The notes beneath the pieces were generated by a model. It was not told the DNA's origin, made no database searches, and saw only the letters and a list, made by a program, of their open reading frames with translations. Position numbers and translations under genes: made by a program. From the IMG/VR virus record IMGVR_UViG_3300022555_000054: a DNA stretch of 64,000 nucleotides; one strand, 5' to 3'. Positions 54,489-62,562 of this stretch are shown piece by piece. This stretch comes from an uncultured virus (IMG/VR IMGVR_UViG_3300022555_000054) (taxonomy: Duplodnaviria; Heunggongvirae; Uroviricota; Caudoviricetes). Position 1 is the first letter of the stretch; each line of letters begins with the position of its first letter.

Positions 54489-54757
54489 CACGCAGCCCTC
54501 CCGAACATGCTGGCGTACACACCGCGCGGTGCCCGGTAGTAATCGGCCTCTGACTCCAGTTCGAGCGAGATGGTCAGTTCTTCGATGGAAAGTTCCAACT
54601 CGACAATCGCGTCGTCGGTCAGGTGGCAGTAGCAATCCTCGATGTGGCGCGTCTCGGCCATATCCGCCGGAGCGGTCAACAGTTCTGCGGCTTGCTTGAG
54701 CAGCGGGAGCGCGGCTTCCATGCGCTTGATCTGTTCGAATTTGCTGATGATTTCCAT
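54488..54757 (-). CDS. Acidic hypothetical protein
   Basis: GGGGAG RBS. Confidence 0.6.
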   Translation of the reverse strand: MEIISKFEQIKRMEAALPLLKQAAELLTAPADMAETRHIEDCYCHLTDDAIVELELSIEELTISLELESEADYYRAPRGVYASMFGRAA

Positions 54758-54822
54758 GTCCGTAACTCCCCGATCTGTTCCCGCTTCCGCCCTGGTCCTT
54801 TAGGGCCAGGGCGGTGTTGATT

Positions 54823-55302
54823 TCAGGCTTTGTTTTTCAGCAGCGGCAGGTTCTCGGCCCACACGTAGGTGGCGGCCGGCAGCTCCGGCAGCGCGGTCAG
54901 CAGCGGCAGGTTCTCGGCCCACACGTAGGTGGCGGCCGGCAGCTCCGGCAGCGCGGTCAGCAGCGGCAGGTTGATGGCCCACACCTCGGTAGCGGCCGGC
55001 AGCGGCGGCAGCGCGGTCAGCAGCGGCAGGTTCTCGGCCCGCACGTAGGTGGCGGCCGGCAGCGGCGGCAGCGCGGTCAGCAGCGGCAGGTTCTCGGCCC
55101 ACACGTAGGTGGCGGCCGGCAGCTCCGGCAGCGCGGTCAGCAGCGGCAGGTTGATGGCCCACACCTCGGTAGCGGCCGGCAGCGGCGGCAGCGCGGTCAC
55201 GTCCAGATCGTACATCTCGACCCGCTTCGCGACCCTTAGATCGCTGTCCTTGATTTTATTGGCGCCGATCCTGCGCCCATCGACGATATAATACCCAGCC
55301 AT
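54823..55302 (-). CDS. LRR-like 20-aa tandem-repeat protein; first gene after pL
   Basis: LTALP(E/P)LPAAT(Y/E)VWA(E/I)NLPL x6; AGGGGA RBS. Confidence 0.75.
   Translation of the reverse strand: MAGYYIVDGRRIGANKIKDSDLRVAKRVEMYDLDVTALPPLPAATEVWAINLPLLTALPELPAATYVWAENLPLLTALPPLPAATYVRAENLPLLTALPPLPAATEVWAINLPLLTALPELPAATYVWAENLPLLTALPELPAATYVWAENLPLLKNKA
54838..55199. repeat. Six near-identical 60-bp tandem repeats
   Basis: Visible as aligned 60-nt rows; variant order A,A,B,C,A,B. Confidence 0.97.
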
Positions 55303-55432
55303 CGCAATCCCCTATCTGTTGCCCGCCCCAGCTCCTGCTTCCCGTTCCCAGCCCAGCGGTCCCTTTCGGAAGCGGCTCTTAGGGGCTTTCAGTTTCGGCA
55401 GTGGCGGCGGGGTGCGCGGTGTTGATGGGGAG

Positions 55433-55483
55433 ATGATGGCTTACATTTCGTCAGGTGTCAACGATTATTTCTGACAAATGTAA
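55433..55483 (-). promoter_or_regulatory. pL-like promoter with two operator copies
   Basis: TTGACA-N17-CATCAT (55461-55433); CCTGACGAAATGTAA in the spacer; CTGACAAATGTAA at 55471-55483. Confidence 0.7.
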
Positions 55484-55540
55484 GATCGCTGCTATCCTCC
55501 CCTCATCAGTCAGGCGCGGCCTGACGGGGACGCAGGGAGT

Positions 55541-56023
55541 ATGAACATATCTAAGAAGGCGGTTGCTAAGATGCACGACCGGGAGCAGTGGCTTGCGCTG
55601 CGTTCGGAAAAGCGCGGCGGGGGCGATCTCGCCATCCGTGCGGATGGAAAAGACTCCCATGATAAACTGGGCGAAATGTATGAGCCGTGGTCGAAGTATG
55701 CCGGCCCTGATGGAAAAGGACCCGAGCCGAAGAAAGACCCAATTGGGCACTACGGACGGCAATTCAAAAGGATGATCTATCCTGCGCTTGGTATTCCACA
55801 GGACTTAAAACGAGACGATCTTGAGGCAATGAAACTTACGCAAGCCCTTCGCGCTATCAGCGCAATTGAGAGCGGCCTCGCCGATCTTTTGCGCGAGGCG
55901 ATGGCGGCAAATGAGCTGCGGGACCACATCAAGAAACGATATGCCGACTACATCAAAAAGATGGCTGAGCCGTTTCGCGACGCCATCCGACTCGAACGCG
56001 GCATTCTGGAGAAAGCGGCATGA
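55541..56023 (+). CDS. Hypothetical cargo protein
   Basis: GGGAG RBS; first gene of a coupled four-gene operon. Confidence 0.7.
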   Translation: MNISKKAVAKMHDREQWLALRSEKRGGGDLAIRADGKDSHDKLGEMYEPWSKYAGPDGKGPEPKKDPIGHYGRQFKRMIYPALGIPQDLKRDDLEAMKLTQALRAISAIESGLADLLREAMAANELRDHIKKRYADYIKKMAEPFRDAIRLERGILEKAA

Positions 56024-56211
56024 GCTACGAACACATCCATAGGGGCGCATGGCTCATCCGCGATGCCGTCGAGAAGCTCGGAGACATTCCACTCAAGGGG
56101 ATGAGCAAGGAGTCCCGATCCGTCATCACTGACACCATCAGATACCTGAACATTCAGGCCGCTCGGCTTGAGTGCTCTTTTTCTGGTAATTCCGAGGGGG
56201 ACGCGGCATGA
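56020..56211 (+). CDS. Small cargo protein
   Basis: ATGA overlaps on both sides. Confidence 0.6.
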   Translation: MSYEHIHRGAWLIRDAVEKLGDIPLKGMSKESRSVITDTIRYLNIQAARLECSFSGNSEGDAA

Positions 56212-56471
56212 GCCAACTTGACGTATTGGGGCCGGGGTTTGGAATGCCGTCCACCGCATTCGACGCATTCGTCGGGTCTGGAAACAAGTGCCGAAAGGTC
56301 GATGTCATTCTTGCTGGCGTTGTCGCCCCCAGAGCAAGCAACAGAGAAATAGCCGATAAGCTATTTTGCTCGGAGAGCACGGTTGCGAAGTGGAGAAAGC
56401 ATATCAAACCAGGGGTTGGTGTATTTGTTCGGACTTCTGACGGGTCTACGTTCTCAGTGAGGGCTAAATAA
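56208..56471 (+). CDS. HTH cargo protein
   Basis: SNREIADKLFCSESTVAKWRK. Confidence 0.65.
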   Translation: MSQLDVLGPGFGMPSTAFDAFVGSGNKCRKVDVILAGVVAPRASNREIADKLFCSESTVAKWRKHIKPGVGVFVRTSDGSTFSVRAK

Positions 56472-57811
56472 TGGCGTCATTAGGAATCACAAAGCTCCGG
56501 CGTGATGGTGGAACACAGCCGCGCGCCGGCATCTACACCGACACCGTGGAGGAATATGCCGAAGCCCTCGACTCGGGGGCGTCGTTCCCGCCTGTGGTCG
56601 TTTTCTATGACGGTAGCGACTACTGGCTGGCCGATGGCTTCCACCGGACTATGGCCCATGAGAAGGCCGGGCGCACTGAGATCGCCGTGGATGTGCGGCA
56701 AGGTACACGTCGGGACGCGGTTCTCCATAGTACCGGAGCGAATGCTGCGCATGGCCTTCCAAGGACTCGTCATGACAAGAGGCGGGCTGTCGAGACGCTG
56801 TTGTTCGATGATGAGTGGAGGAAATGGAATGATAGCAAGATTGGAAAGATGACTTCCGTCGATCATAAGACGGTGGCGTCGATCCGTTCGTCCCTATCTT
56901 GGGAATTCCCAAGATGCGACGAGCGTCTTGTTGAGAGAAACGGCACAACCTACACCATGAACACCGCCGCTATCGGCATCGCGCCCGAGGAAGCTGAGCG
57001 CCGGGAGCGCGCCGCTGCTGAGAAAGCTGCGGCGGATGCCCGCGCCCAGGCCGAGAAGGGAGCCGCAGTCCTCAAGGCCGAGCTGGCGGCCAAGCTCGTG
57101 ATCATCAGCGCCGGCAGCGCCAACGAGCGGCGCTTGATGGGTGAGCTTGATACTGCCAAAGGTGAGGCCGAGAAGGCCCGCCGAGCTATCAGCGACGCAC
57201 TGACCAGGCTTGAGGATGCCAAGTCCGACAAAGCCCGCGCCCTGGCCGACAAGGACGAAGCCAAAAGCAAAGCCGCTGAGCTGGCCGAGAAGGCCGCCGA
57301 GGAAGCGTGGCAGGAGGCGGACGAGAAATATGAGACTATCGTCAACCGCCTGACCCGCGAGGCCAAGGAGGCGAAAGAAGCGGTTGCCGTGGCAGAAGCA
57401 AACTCGAAAAAGGCTGCCGAGGAAATGGCGGCAGCCATGGCGGAGAAAGCTCTTCAGTCCAAGAAGAAAGAATTTGATGAACTAGAAAGAATGAGTAAAG
57501 CCGCTCAGGAAAACTCGAAACGCGCATATGCAGCAGAGCAGTTGGCGAAAGAGCGTCTCGCTGGGTATGACGATTTCATCAAAAAACACAATGAGGAAAT
57601 GTCAAAATGGCAACGCGGCGAGGCAGAGACTGCGGAACAGGTCAGGATTGCTACGGGATTGGCCGAGGCCGTTGGAAAGTCCATGTCTGATCTTATGATG
57701 CTAGATCACGCACCACAAGACGCCGCTACGGGGAAATTCCATAGGGCTTCCCAGATGTGCCGGCAGATGGCCGACGCCATCGACCAGTTTCTATCCCCGC
57801 GCATCGCATGA
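56471..57811 (+). CDS. ParB/Srx-like domain + HTH + long coiled-coil protein
   Basis: GTQPRA, FPPVVVFYDG.DYWLADGFHR..A, ANAAHGLPRT..DKRRAV, W.D..I....VDHKTV; Ala/Glu/Lys heptads. Confidence 0.85.
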   Translation: MASLGITKLRRDGGTQPRAGIYTDTVEEYAEALDSGASFPPVVVFYDGSDYWLADGFHRTMAHEKAGRTEIAVDVRQGTRRDAVLHSTGANAAHGLPRTRHDKRRAVETLLFDDEWRKWNDSKIGKMTSVDHKTVASIRSSLSWEFPRCDERLVERNGTTYTMNTAAIGIAPEEAERRERAAAEKAAADARAQAEKGAAVLKAELAAKLVIISAGSANERRLMGELDTAKGEAEKARRAISDALTRLEDAKSDKARALADKDEAKSKAAELAEKAAEEAWQEADEKYETIVNRLTREAKEAKEAVAVAEANSKKAAEEMAAAMAEKALQSKKKEFDELERMSKAAQENSKRAYAAEQLAKERLAGYDDFIKKHNEEMSKWQRGEAETAEQVRIATGLAEAVGKSMSDLMMLDHAPQDAATGKFHRASQMCRQMADAIDQFLSPRIA

Positions 57812-57838
57812 AACCGGGCGGCTTCGGCCGCCCTTTTC
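57811..57838 (+). terminator. Intrinsic terminator
   Basis: GGGCGGC-TTCG-GCCGCCC-TTTT. Confidence 0.75.
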
Positions 57839-57942
57839 ATTCTCGGATCACCATGCTCTCGAACACAATATGCAGGGCGCTTGGGGAATATGAATTATAG
57901 CGCAGTTATATCATCTGACGCAGCGCCACCGCATTCCATCGG

Positions 57943-58155
57943 TTACTTCTGCGCGCAAGAGAGAAGCTTGGAAACATCTGACCATACATTGGCATCAGAA
58001 TCGTTTTCCAGTTCCTTTGTCACGGCCTTATAGGGAATCCTGGCTTCCGAGTTATGCGCGAACGGCTTCCGGATTTTGTCAACTTGCGCCTGGGATAGCC
58101 CACGGCTGTTCTCGATCATTGGCTCCGCCTTTCCTCGACATATTTCGCCCGTCAT
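57943..58155 (-). CDS. Small hypothetical protein or gene remnant
   Basis: AT-richer ORF containing IRKPFAHN. Confidence 0.35.
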   Translation of the reverse strand: MTGEICRGKAEPMIENSRGLSQAQVDKIRKPFAHNSEARIPYKAVTKELENDSDANVWSDVSKLLSCAQK

Positions 58156-58277
58156 TCAGGACGCCAATAATCGGCGCCCAGTCGCGGGACGTTGGAATGA
58201 TACTGCGACGCTGCACCGTTTCCGTCAACCTGAACAGATCAGGCCCGCGCTCTCTGGGGGCGGCGTGGCGGAAAAAC

Positions 58278-58595
58278 CTACTTCTTCGGCGCGTCCTGCG
58301 TCGGGGCTGGGATGTCGAAGGTGATGTGCGGTATCGGGATAATGCGGGCGGCTACGCTCAGAAAAAACACGGTGGCGACGACAACCCCGCTGGCCCATGC
58401 AAACGTGAGCCGCAGGCCATCAATCTTTCCACCTTGCGATTTCACGTCGTCGATGAGCCTATCAACCTTTGATGACAGATCGCCGATCTTGAGCATGACG
58501 AAGCGGATATCGGACGTAGCATAAAGGTCGCGCGGCGTTGTCGGCGCAAGGTCATCTGGGGATGATAATTCGTCAGGGTTCTGATTCTTGGCCAC
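58278..58595 (-). CDS. Coiled-coil plus single-TM protein
   Basis: IGDLSSKVDRLIDDV heptads; TM FAWASGVVVATVFFLSVAA; GGAGG RBS. Confidence 0.7.
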   Translation of the reverse strand: MAKNQNPDELSSPDDLAPTTPRDLYATSDIRFVMLKIGDLSSKVDRLIDDVKSQGGKIDGLRLTFAWASGVVVATVFFLSVAARIIPIPHITFDIPAPTQDAPKK

Positions 58596-58863
58596 CGGGC
58601 GCCTCCGTGGTCTTAACCTTCAACCACTCCCAGATATTGCGCGGCGCGAAACCAAAATAACCTTCTATCTTAACGACGACGACACCGCTTATCCCCTCCG
58701 GCATCACGCCCACCTTCTCAGAAACCTCCCGCGTCGTCAGTCCTCTGGCGGCCACCAACCACGTGTTGGGCGCGAGCTTCAGGCTGGCACCTGGAAACTC
58801 TCTTTCCACAGCCATATTGAGGGCTGGGTTCTCAGTCACGCTCATGATGGCGAACGGGTTCAT
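58573..58863 (-). CDS. Small alpha/beta protein (possible ferredoxin-like fold)
   Basis: NTWLV...VVVVKI.GY.G......WEWL pattern. Confidence 0.65.
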   Translation of the reverse strand: MNPFAIMSVTENPALNMAVEREFPGASLKLAPNTWLVAARGLTTREVSEKVGVMPEGISGVVVVKIEGYFGFAPRNIWEWLKVKTTEAPGGQESEP

Positions 58864-58976
58864 GCGATCAATGTAGCCCTGGAGGGTGTTGCTGGCAACC
58901 TGAACAGATCAGGCCCGCGCCCCGGTCGGGCTCACCCCACCCTGGCCTTGGGGGATTCGGTGGCGGTGGGGGTGGC

Positions 58977-59258
58977 TTATAGCCCCAAGAACTCCCGCGC
59001 GACAACAGTAAGTCCGCCGATGTCGCCATCCTCGACCCAATCGTAGGTGACGCCATACTTAGTCTTCAGATAGCGGACCATGTCCTTCGGTATCCGCTGG
59101 CCGCGCCTTTTTATCTGGGAGATTCGGGAGTTGATGTCCCACCCCAGATCACGGCCGAAATCAGTCACCGTCTTGCCGGCCCGCGCCGCGCAAAACTCCA
59201 CCCTGGAAAAAGCAAACTCCTCGCCCAGGGGACGGATGGTTGGAGGCGTATCCGCCAT
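58977..59258 (-). CDS. CI-like repressor (HTH only, no S24 peptidase domain)
   Basis: Divergent from cro; TVTDFGRDLGW..SRISQIKR...YGVTYDWV..GD; start uncertain (59258 or 59276). Confidence 0.7.
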   Translation of the reverse strand: MADTPPTIRPLGEEFAFSRVEFCAARAGKTVTDFGRDLGWDINSRISQIKRRGQRIPKDMVRYLKTKYGVTYDWVEDGDIGGLTVVAREFLGL

Positions 59259-59279
59259 GCGTGCGTTCTTGACCATAGC

Positions 59280-59357
59280 TAACATTTTGTCAGCCCCCAT
59301 CCAAAGAGTCATCGAACAAAATGCACGCTTGACCAACCTGACGAAATGTGAGATGCT
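59280..59357. promoter_or_regulatory. oR region: pR and two operator copies
   Basis: TTGACC-N17-GATGCT (59329-59357); CCTGACGAAATGTGA (59337-59351); reverse-complement CTGACAAAATGTTA (59280-59293). Confidence 0.7.
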
Positions 59358-59363
59358 GGGGGC

Positions 59364-59624
59364 ATGCAAACGATCACCACCATCGACCAACTGGTCACCG
59401 CATTCGAAAGCCCCGCCATCCTCGGGCGCGCTCTCGGTGTTGGCGCCGACACAGTTTACGTATGGAAAATGCGTCGGTATGTGCCGCCGCGTCACATCTT
59501 CGCCCTCTCCCGCCTTGCGCGCTCTCACGGCATCGAGTTGGACGACGCGTTGTTCGAGAAACCCGCTGGTAGCCATCCCCCGCCCTCCCCAAAAATGAGT
59601 GGTGAGCATACGAAAGTGGCGTGA
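59364..59624 (+). CDS. Cro-like protein
   Basis: TIDQLVTAF..PA.LGRALGV...TV..WK.R..VPPRH...L..LA...GI; near-leaderless after pR. Confidence 0.8.
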   Translation: MQTITTIDQLVTAFESPAILGRALGVGADTVYVWKMRRYVPPRHIFALSRLARSHGIELDDALFEKPAGSHPPPSPKMSGEHTKVA

Positions 59625-59788
59625 TCATAACAAGAACAAATTGACGTTGAGTCATTCGTAAGGTTAACATCACACTACCCCCCCCCCTACACTTTGGGAC
59701 AATAAGCACCTTAGCACACTACATCTGGTAATATCAACACAAACTGCACGGGTTTCTTGGATTAACACCTTTGAGCAGGGATTTGGCG

Positions 59789-60118
59789 ATGACGATACTA
59801 TTGGATATAGCTGAGTTGTTTTCCCCCACCGCCCGCCGCCTGCGCCGCCTCGAAGCGCGCGTCATTGGGCTGACGGCCGACGTCGACCACAAGGACGGGG
59901 TGATCGCCGAGCTGCGCGCCGACAACGCCGACCTGAACGAGCGGGTCGAGTGTCTAAGCAGCACCATGATTGGAATGCAACTGCTGGTGCGCGATGCCGA
60001 CGACGCCGTTGATGGGCTTACCAAGGACATCGAGTTCAAGGACCGGCGGCTTTCCGAGCTGCGGGCCGAACTGATGGCCGCCCGCGCCGCCCACGCTCAG
60101 CAGCGGCAGGCCGCCTGA
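59789..60118 (+). CDS. Coiled-coil hypothetical protein
   Basis: AGGGA RBS; heptad pattern. Confidence 0.65.
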   Translation: MTILLDIAELFSPTARRLRRLEARVIGLTADVDHKDGVIAELRADNADLNERVECLSSTMIGMQLLVRDADDAVDGLTKDIEFKDRRLSELRAELMAARAAHAQQRQAA

Positions 60119-60294
60119 TGCGCCGCCTCATCCTCATCACCGCCTTCGTCGTCGGCCTGCCGCTGCTGGGACAGACGCTCGGCACGCTCACCGCCCAGGC
60201 TAACGCTATCGCCGAGGTGCAGGACGCCGACAGCCTGGAGCGGGACTACGTGCCGCCGGCCGACTGCGATGACGATGACAGTAGGGGGTGCTGA
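60118..60294 (+). CDS. Small exported or membrane protein
   Basis: TGATG coupling; MRRLILITAFVVGLPLLG. Confidence 0.55.
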   Translation: MRRLILITAFVVGLPLLGQTLGTLTAQANAIAEVQDADSLERDYVPPADCDDDDSRGC

Positions 60295-60660
60295 TGGCCG
60301 CCGCCGATTGCCTCAACCTGCCCGAATGCGTGCGCCGCGATCCGCTGGCCGCTTTTGCCTGTGGAGAGGTGTGGGGCCAGCTTTGCGACGAGACACCGCC
60401 GGCCGGGGCGGACGCCAGCAATGGCGACAGTACCGGCCCTCGTGACGCCTCCTCCCTGGGGACGGGACACCATGCGGCGCCTGATGAACTGCTGCCGTCA
60501 CGTGATGCAACACTAGCAAATCAGGCGGTCCCACCCCATTCCCCGCGCCACGGCTGGCACGACTGCCCGTCACTCTTCCCGGCTTGCGGCGTCTCCCGCG
60601 AGGATGCGATGACGCCGAGGCAAAAGGCCGAATGCCGCGAATGCCACCAAGGAGTCGGAC

Positions 60661-60822
60661 ATGACTAAGCCCCCGAGCGCATGGCGCGGCCACGCCTCCC
60701 GCGACGATCTCCACGAAGACCCGCCTATGACACTCCGAGAGCAGGCCATCGCCTGCGCAACGATGGCCGCCGTGGTGGTCACCATCCTGACGTTCGCGGT
60801 GATCGGGGTGTTGAGCCGATGA
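60661..60822 (+). CDS. Small TM protein
   Basis: AAGGAG RBS; hydrophobic C terminus. Confidence 0.55.
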   Translation: MTKPPSAWRGHASRDDLHEDPPMTLREQAIACATMAAVVVTILTFAVIGVLSR

Positions 60823-61031
60823 GCCTACTCACCCCAGACGAGAGCGCCCTCATCGCCAAGGTGGCTGAGCACCTGCGCAGCGGCAAAACCGTCCGCGTGC
60901 CGGAGGATCGCATCAGCCCCTTGGCCGGCGGCCTGATCGAGCGCGGGTTGATCTCCGTCCAGCCGGGCGGCGCTGTTGTTTTGACCATGCGCGGCTGCAA
61001 GACGGCGGCGCAGATGTTTCGGGGGGGGTGA
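60819..61031 (+). CDS. Small winged-helix-like protein
   Basis: LIERGLI...VLT.RG; ATGA coupling. Confidence 0.55.
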   Translation: MSLLTPDESALIAKVAEHLRSGKTVRVPEDRISPLAGGLIERGLISVQPGGAVVLTMRGCKTAAQMFRGG

Positions 61032-61035
61032 TGGG

Positions 61036-61212
61036 ATGACCGAACAAGAATCCTTCGATTGCGGCGCCTATGCCGCCCACGCCTGGATGACGGCCATTCC
61101 TGGAAGTGACGTGGAATCAAAGTCCGCGTGGATGCGCGGATGGAAGGCGTACTTCGAAATGACCGACGATCAAAAGGCCGCGATGCTGGCTCGCAAGGGG
61201 ATTGCGCGATGA
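61036..61212 (+). CDS. Small protein with Rmf-like AWxxGW motif
   Basis: FDCGAYAA...SAWMRGWKA. Confidence 0.45.
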   Translation: MTEQESFDCGAYAAHAWMTAIPGSDVESKSAWMRGWKAYFEMTDDQKAAMLARKGIAR

Positions 61213-61448
61213 TCCACACCGCCGCGATCCGCTCCATTACCGACTGGACCAAGCTGCGCCGATCGCTCGCCGAAAAGCGGACTGCGCTGGGGCTCACGCG
61301 GGTCGAAGTCGGCGACCAGTGCGGGGTGAGTAAACAGGCTGTTGCCAACTGGGAAGCCGGAAAGCGGATGCCGATTGCGGCCAACCTGTTCATGTGGGCG
61401 GCGGCGCTCGGGGTGCGGCTGGTGGATGTTGCGGAGGACCGGGTATGA
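61209..61448 (+). CDS. XRE-family HTH protein
   Basis: LAEKRTALGLTR.EVGDQCGVSKQAVANWEAG.R.P. Confidence 0.85.
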   Translation: MIHTAAIRSITDWTKLRRSLAEKRTALGLTRVEVGDQCGVSKQAVANWEAGKRMPIAANLFMWAAALGVRLVDVAEDRV

Positions 61449-61801
61449 ACCGCGAGGATCGCCTCCAAGTCTCCGTCATGCAATGGCTCAAGCTGGCGTT
61501 GCCGGCCGATGCCATCGCCTTCCACCCGGCGAACGGTGGATCACGCAACCCTATCGAGGGCGCGAAGCTCAAAGCCATGGGCGTGGTAGCTGGCGCGCCG
61601 GACATCGTGATCTTCTGGAATGAGCGGGCTTTCTGCATCGAACTGAAGACCGCGACTGGCCGGCAGCGTCCGAACCAGAAGGAGTTCGAGCAGCGGGCCA
61701 GGAATGCCGGCGCGTTCTACCAGCTCTGCCGCAGCATGGATGAAGTCGAAGGTGCGCTTTTGGGGTGGGGATTTGCCCTGCGCGGGAGAATCGCAGCATG
61801 A
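61445..61801 (+). CDS. VRR-NUC nuclease (Holliday-junction-resolvase-like)
   Basis: FHPANGG.R, MGVVAGAPD, IELKT..GRQ..NQ. Confidence 0.88.
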   Translation: MNREDRLQVSVMQWLKLALPADAIAFHPANGGSRNPIEGAKLKAMGVVAGAPDIVIFWNERAFCIELKTATGRQRPNQKEFEQRARNAGAFYQLCRSMDEVEGALLGWGFALRGRIAA

Positions 61802-61989
61802 GCACGCGCATCGGAGAAACCTGGATCATCGAGCACCGCTTCAACGGCAACCGCCGCGTCGGCGAGTTCGCTCGCATCGACGGCGCGACGCAGCCGGGCT
61901 GGCTCTATGTCGGCCATGACGGCTGGCTGCTGGCTGACCAATGGAAGCCGGTGCGGCGGGTCGATTTGGAAGACGGGGTGGCAGCATGA
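61798..61989 (+). CDS. Small hypothetical protein
   Basis: ATGA-coupled chain; GGAG RBS. Confidence 0.55.
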   Translation: MSTRIGETWIIEHRFNGNRRVGEFARIDGATQPGWLYVGHDGWLLADQWKPVRRVDLEDGVAA

Positions 61990-62162
61990 GCTACGTCGCA
62001 GAGGTTCCCGTCGTCCACCGGATCAGGCCCGGCATCCCGTCCACGCGCTACGGCTATGGCGACACCGCTGCCGAGGCCATCTCCGATCTTGCTGCCGAGT
62101 TGGCGGCGCACCACGAGCAGGCTGTCGGGAAGATGGCGGTCAAGCAGGAGCGTCGGCCATGA
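61986..62162 (+). CDS. Small hypothetical protein
   Basis: ATGA-coupled chain. Confidence 0.55.
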   Translation: MSYVAEVPVVHRIRPGIPSTRYGYGDTAAEAISDLAAELAAHHEQAVGKMAVKQERRP

Positions 62163-62386
62163 GCCGCGCCGTAAACCGCACCGGCTCCAGGGCCGTCGTC
62201 AACACCGCCGAGGATCGCCGGTTTCATGGGACGGAGAAGTGCGGGGTTTGCGCTCGTCCGCTCGAAGGCTGCGCATTCGGGACCGACGCCACTTACGACC
62301 TGACTTTCGAATGGGGGCACTTCGAGTGCCTGAACGACGCGCATCGGCGGATTGCTGCTGGTGCTGGACGGATGGAGGCTGCGTGA
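62159..62386 (+). CDS. Small Zn-binding hypothetical protein
   Basis: CGVC...HFEC; AGGAG RBS. Confidence 0.6.
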   Translation: MSRAVNRTGSRAVVNTAEDRRFHGTEKCGVCARPLEGCAFGTDATYDLTFEWGHFECLNDAHRRIAAGAGRMEAA

Positions 62387-62562
62387 TGATGACGCCGAGC
62401 AGACCAAAACAACCGACCGCCAAGGACCGCCTCAAGGGCGTGTTGGCTGACCTGGAGATGGCGCGCCACGACCGGAATGTGCCGGGAGATGAGGTTGGAG
62501 CGATTGCCGAGAACCTGAAGATGGCGCTCCGCGAGATGGGGGTTTTGGAACCCAATGCCTGA
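62386..62562 (+). CDS. Small hypothetical protein
   Basis: GGAGG RBS; overlaps the dnaB start. Confidence 0.55.
   Translation: MMTPSRPKQPTAKDRLKGVLADLEMARHDRNVPGDEVGAIAENLKMALREMGVLEPNA

Larger units (their letters stand above)
58226..58920. repeat. Perfect 25-bp direct repeats (58226-58250, 58896-58920) bounding a two-gene cassette
   Basis: CAACCTGAACAGATCAGGCCCGCGC occurs twice. Confidence 0.95.

Noticed and set aside
54838..55199. 60-bp repeats as a CRISPR array
   Set aside because: Units are contiguous with no unique spacers, keep a reading frame with RBS, and no cas genes are present.
60294..60668. 124-aa ORF
   Set aside because: Coupled start but low-complexity, unconvincing sequence; coding status cannot be decided by eye.
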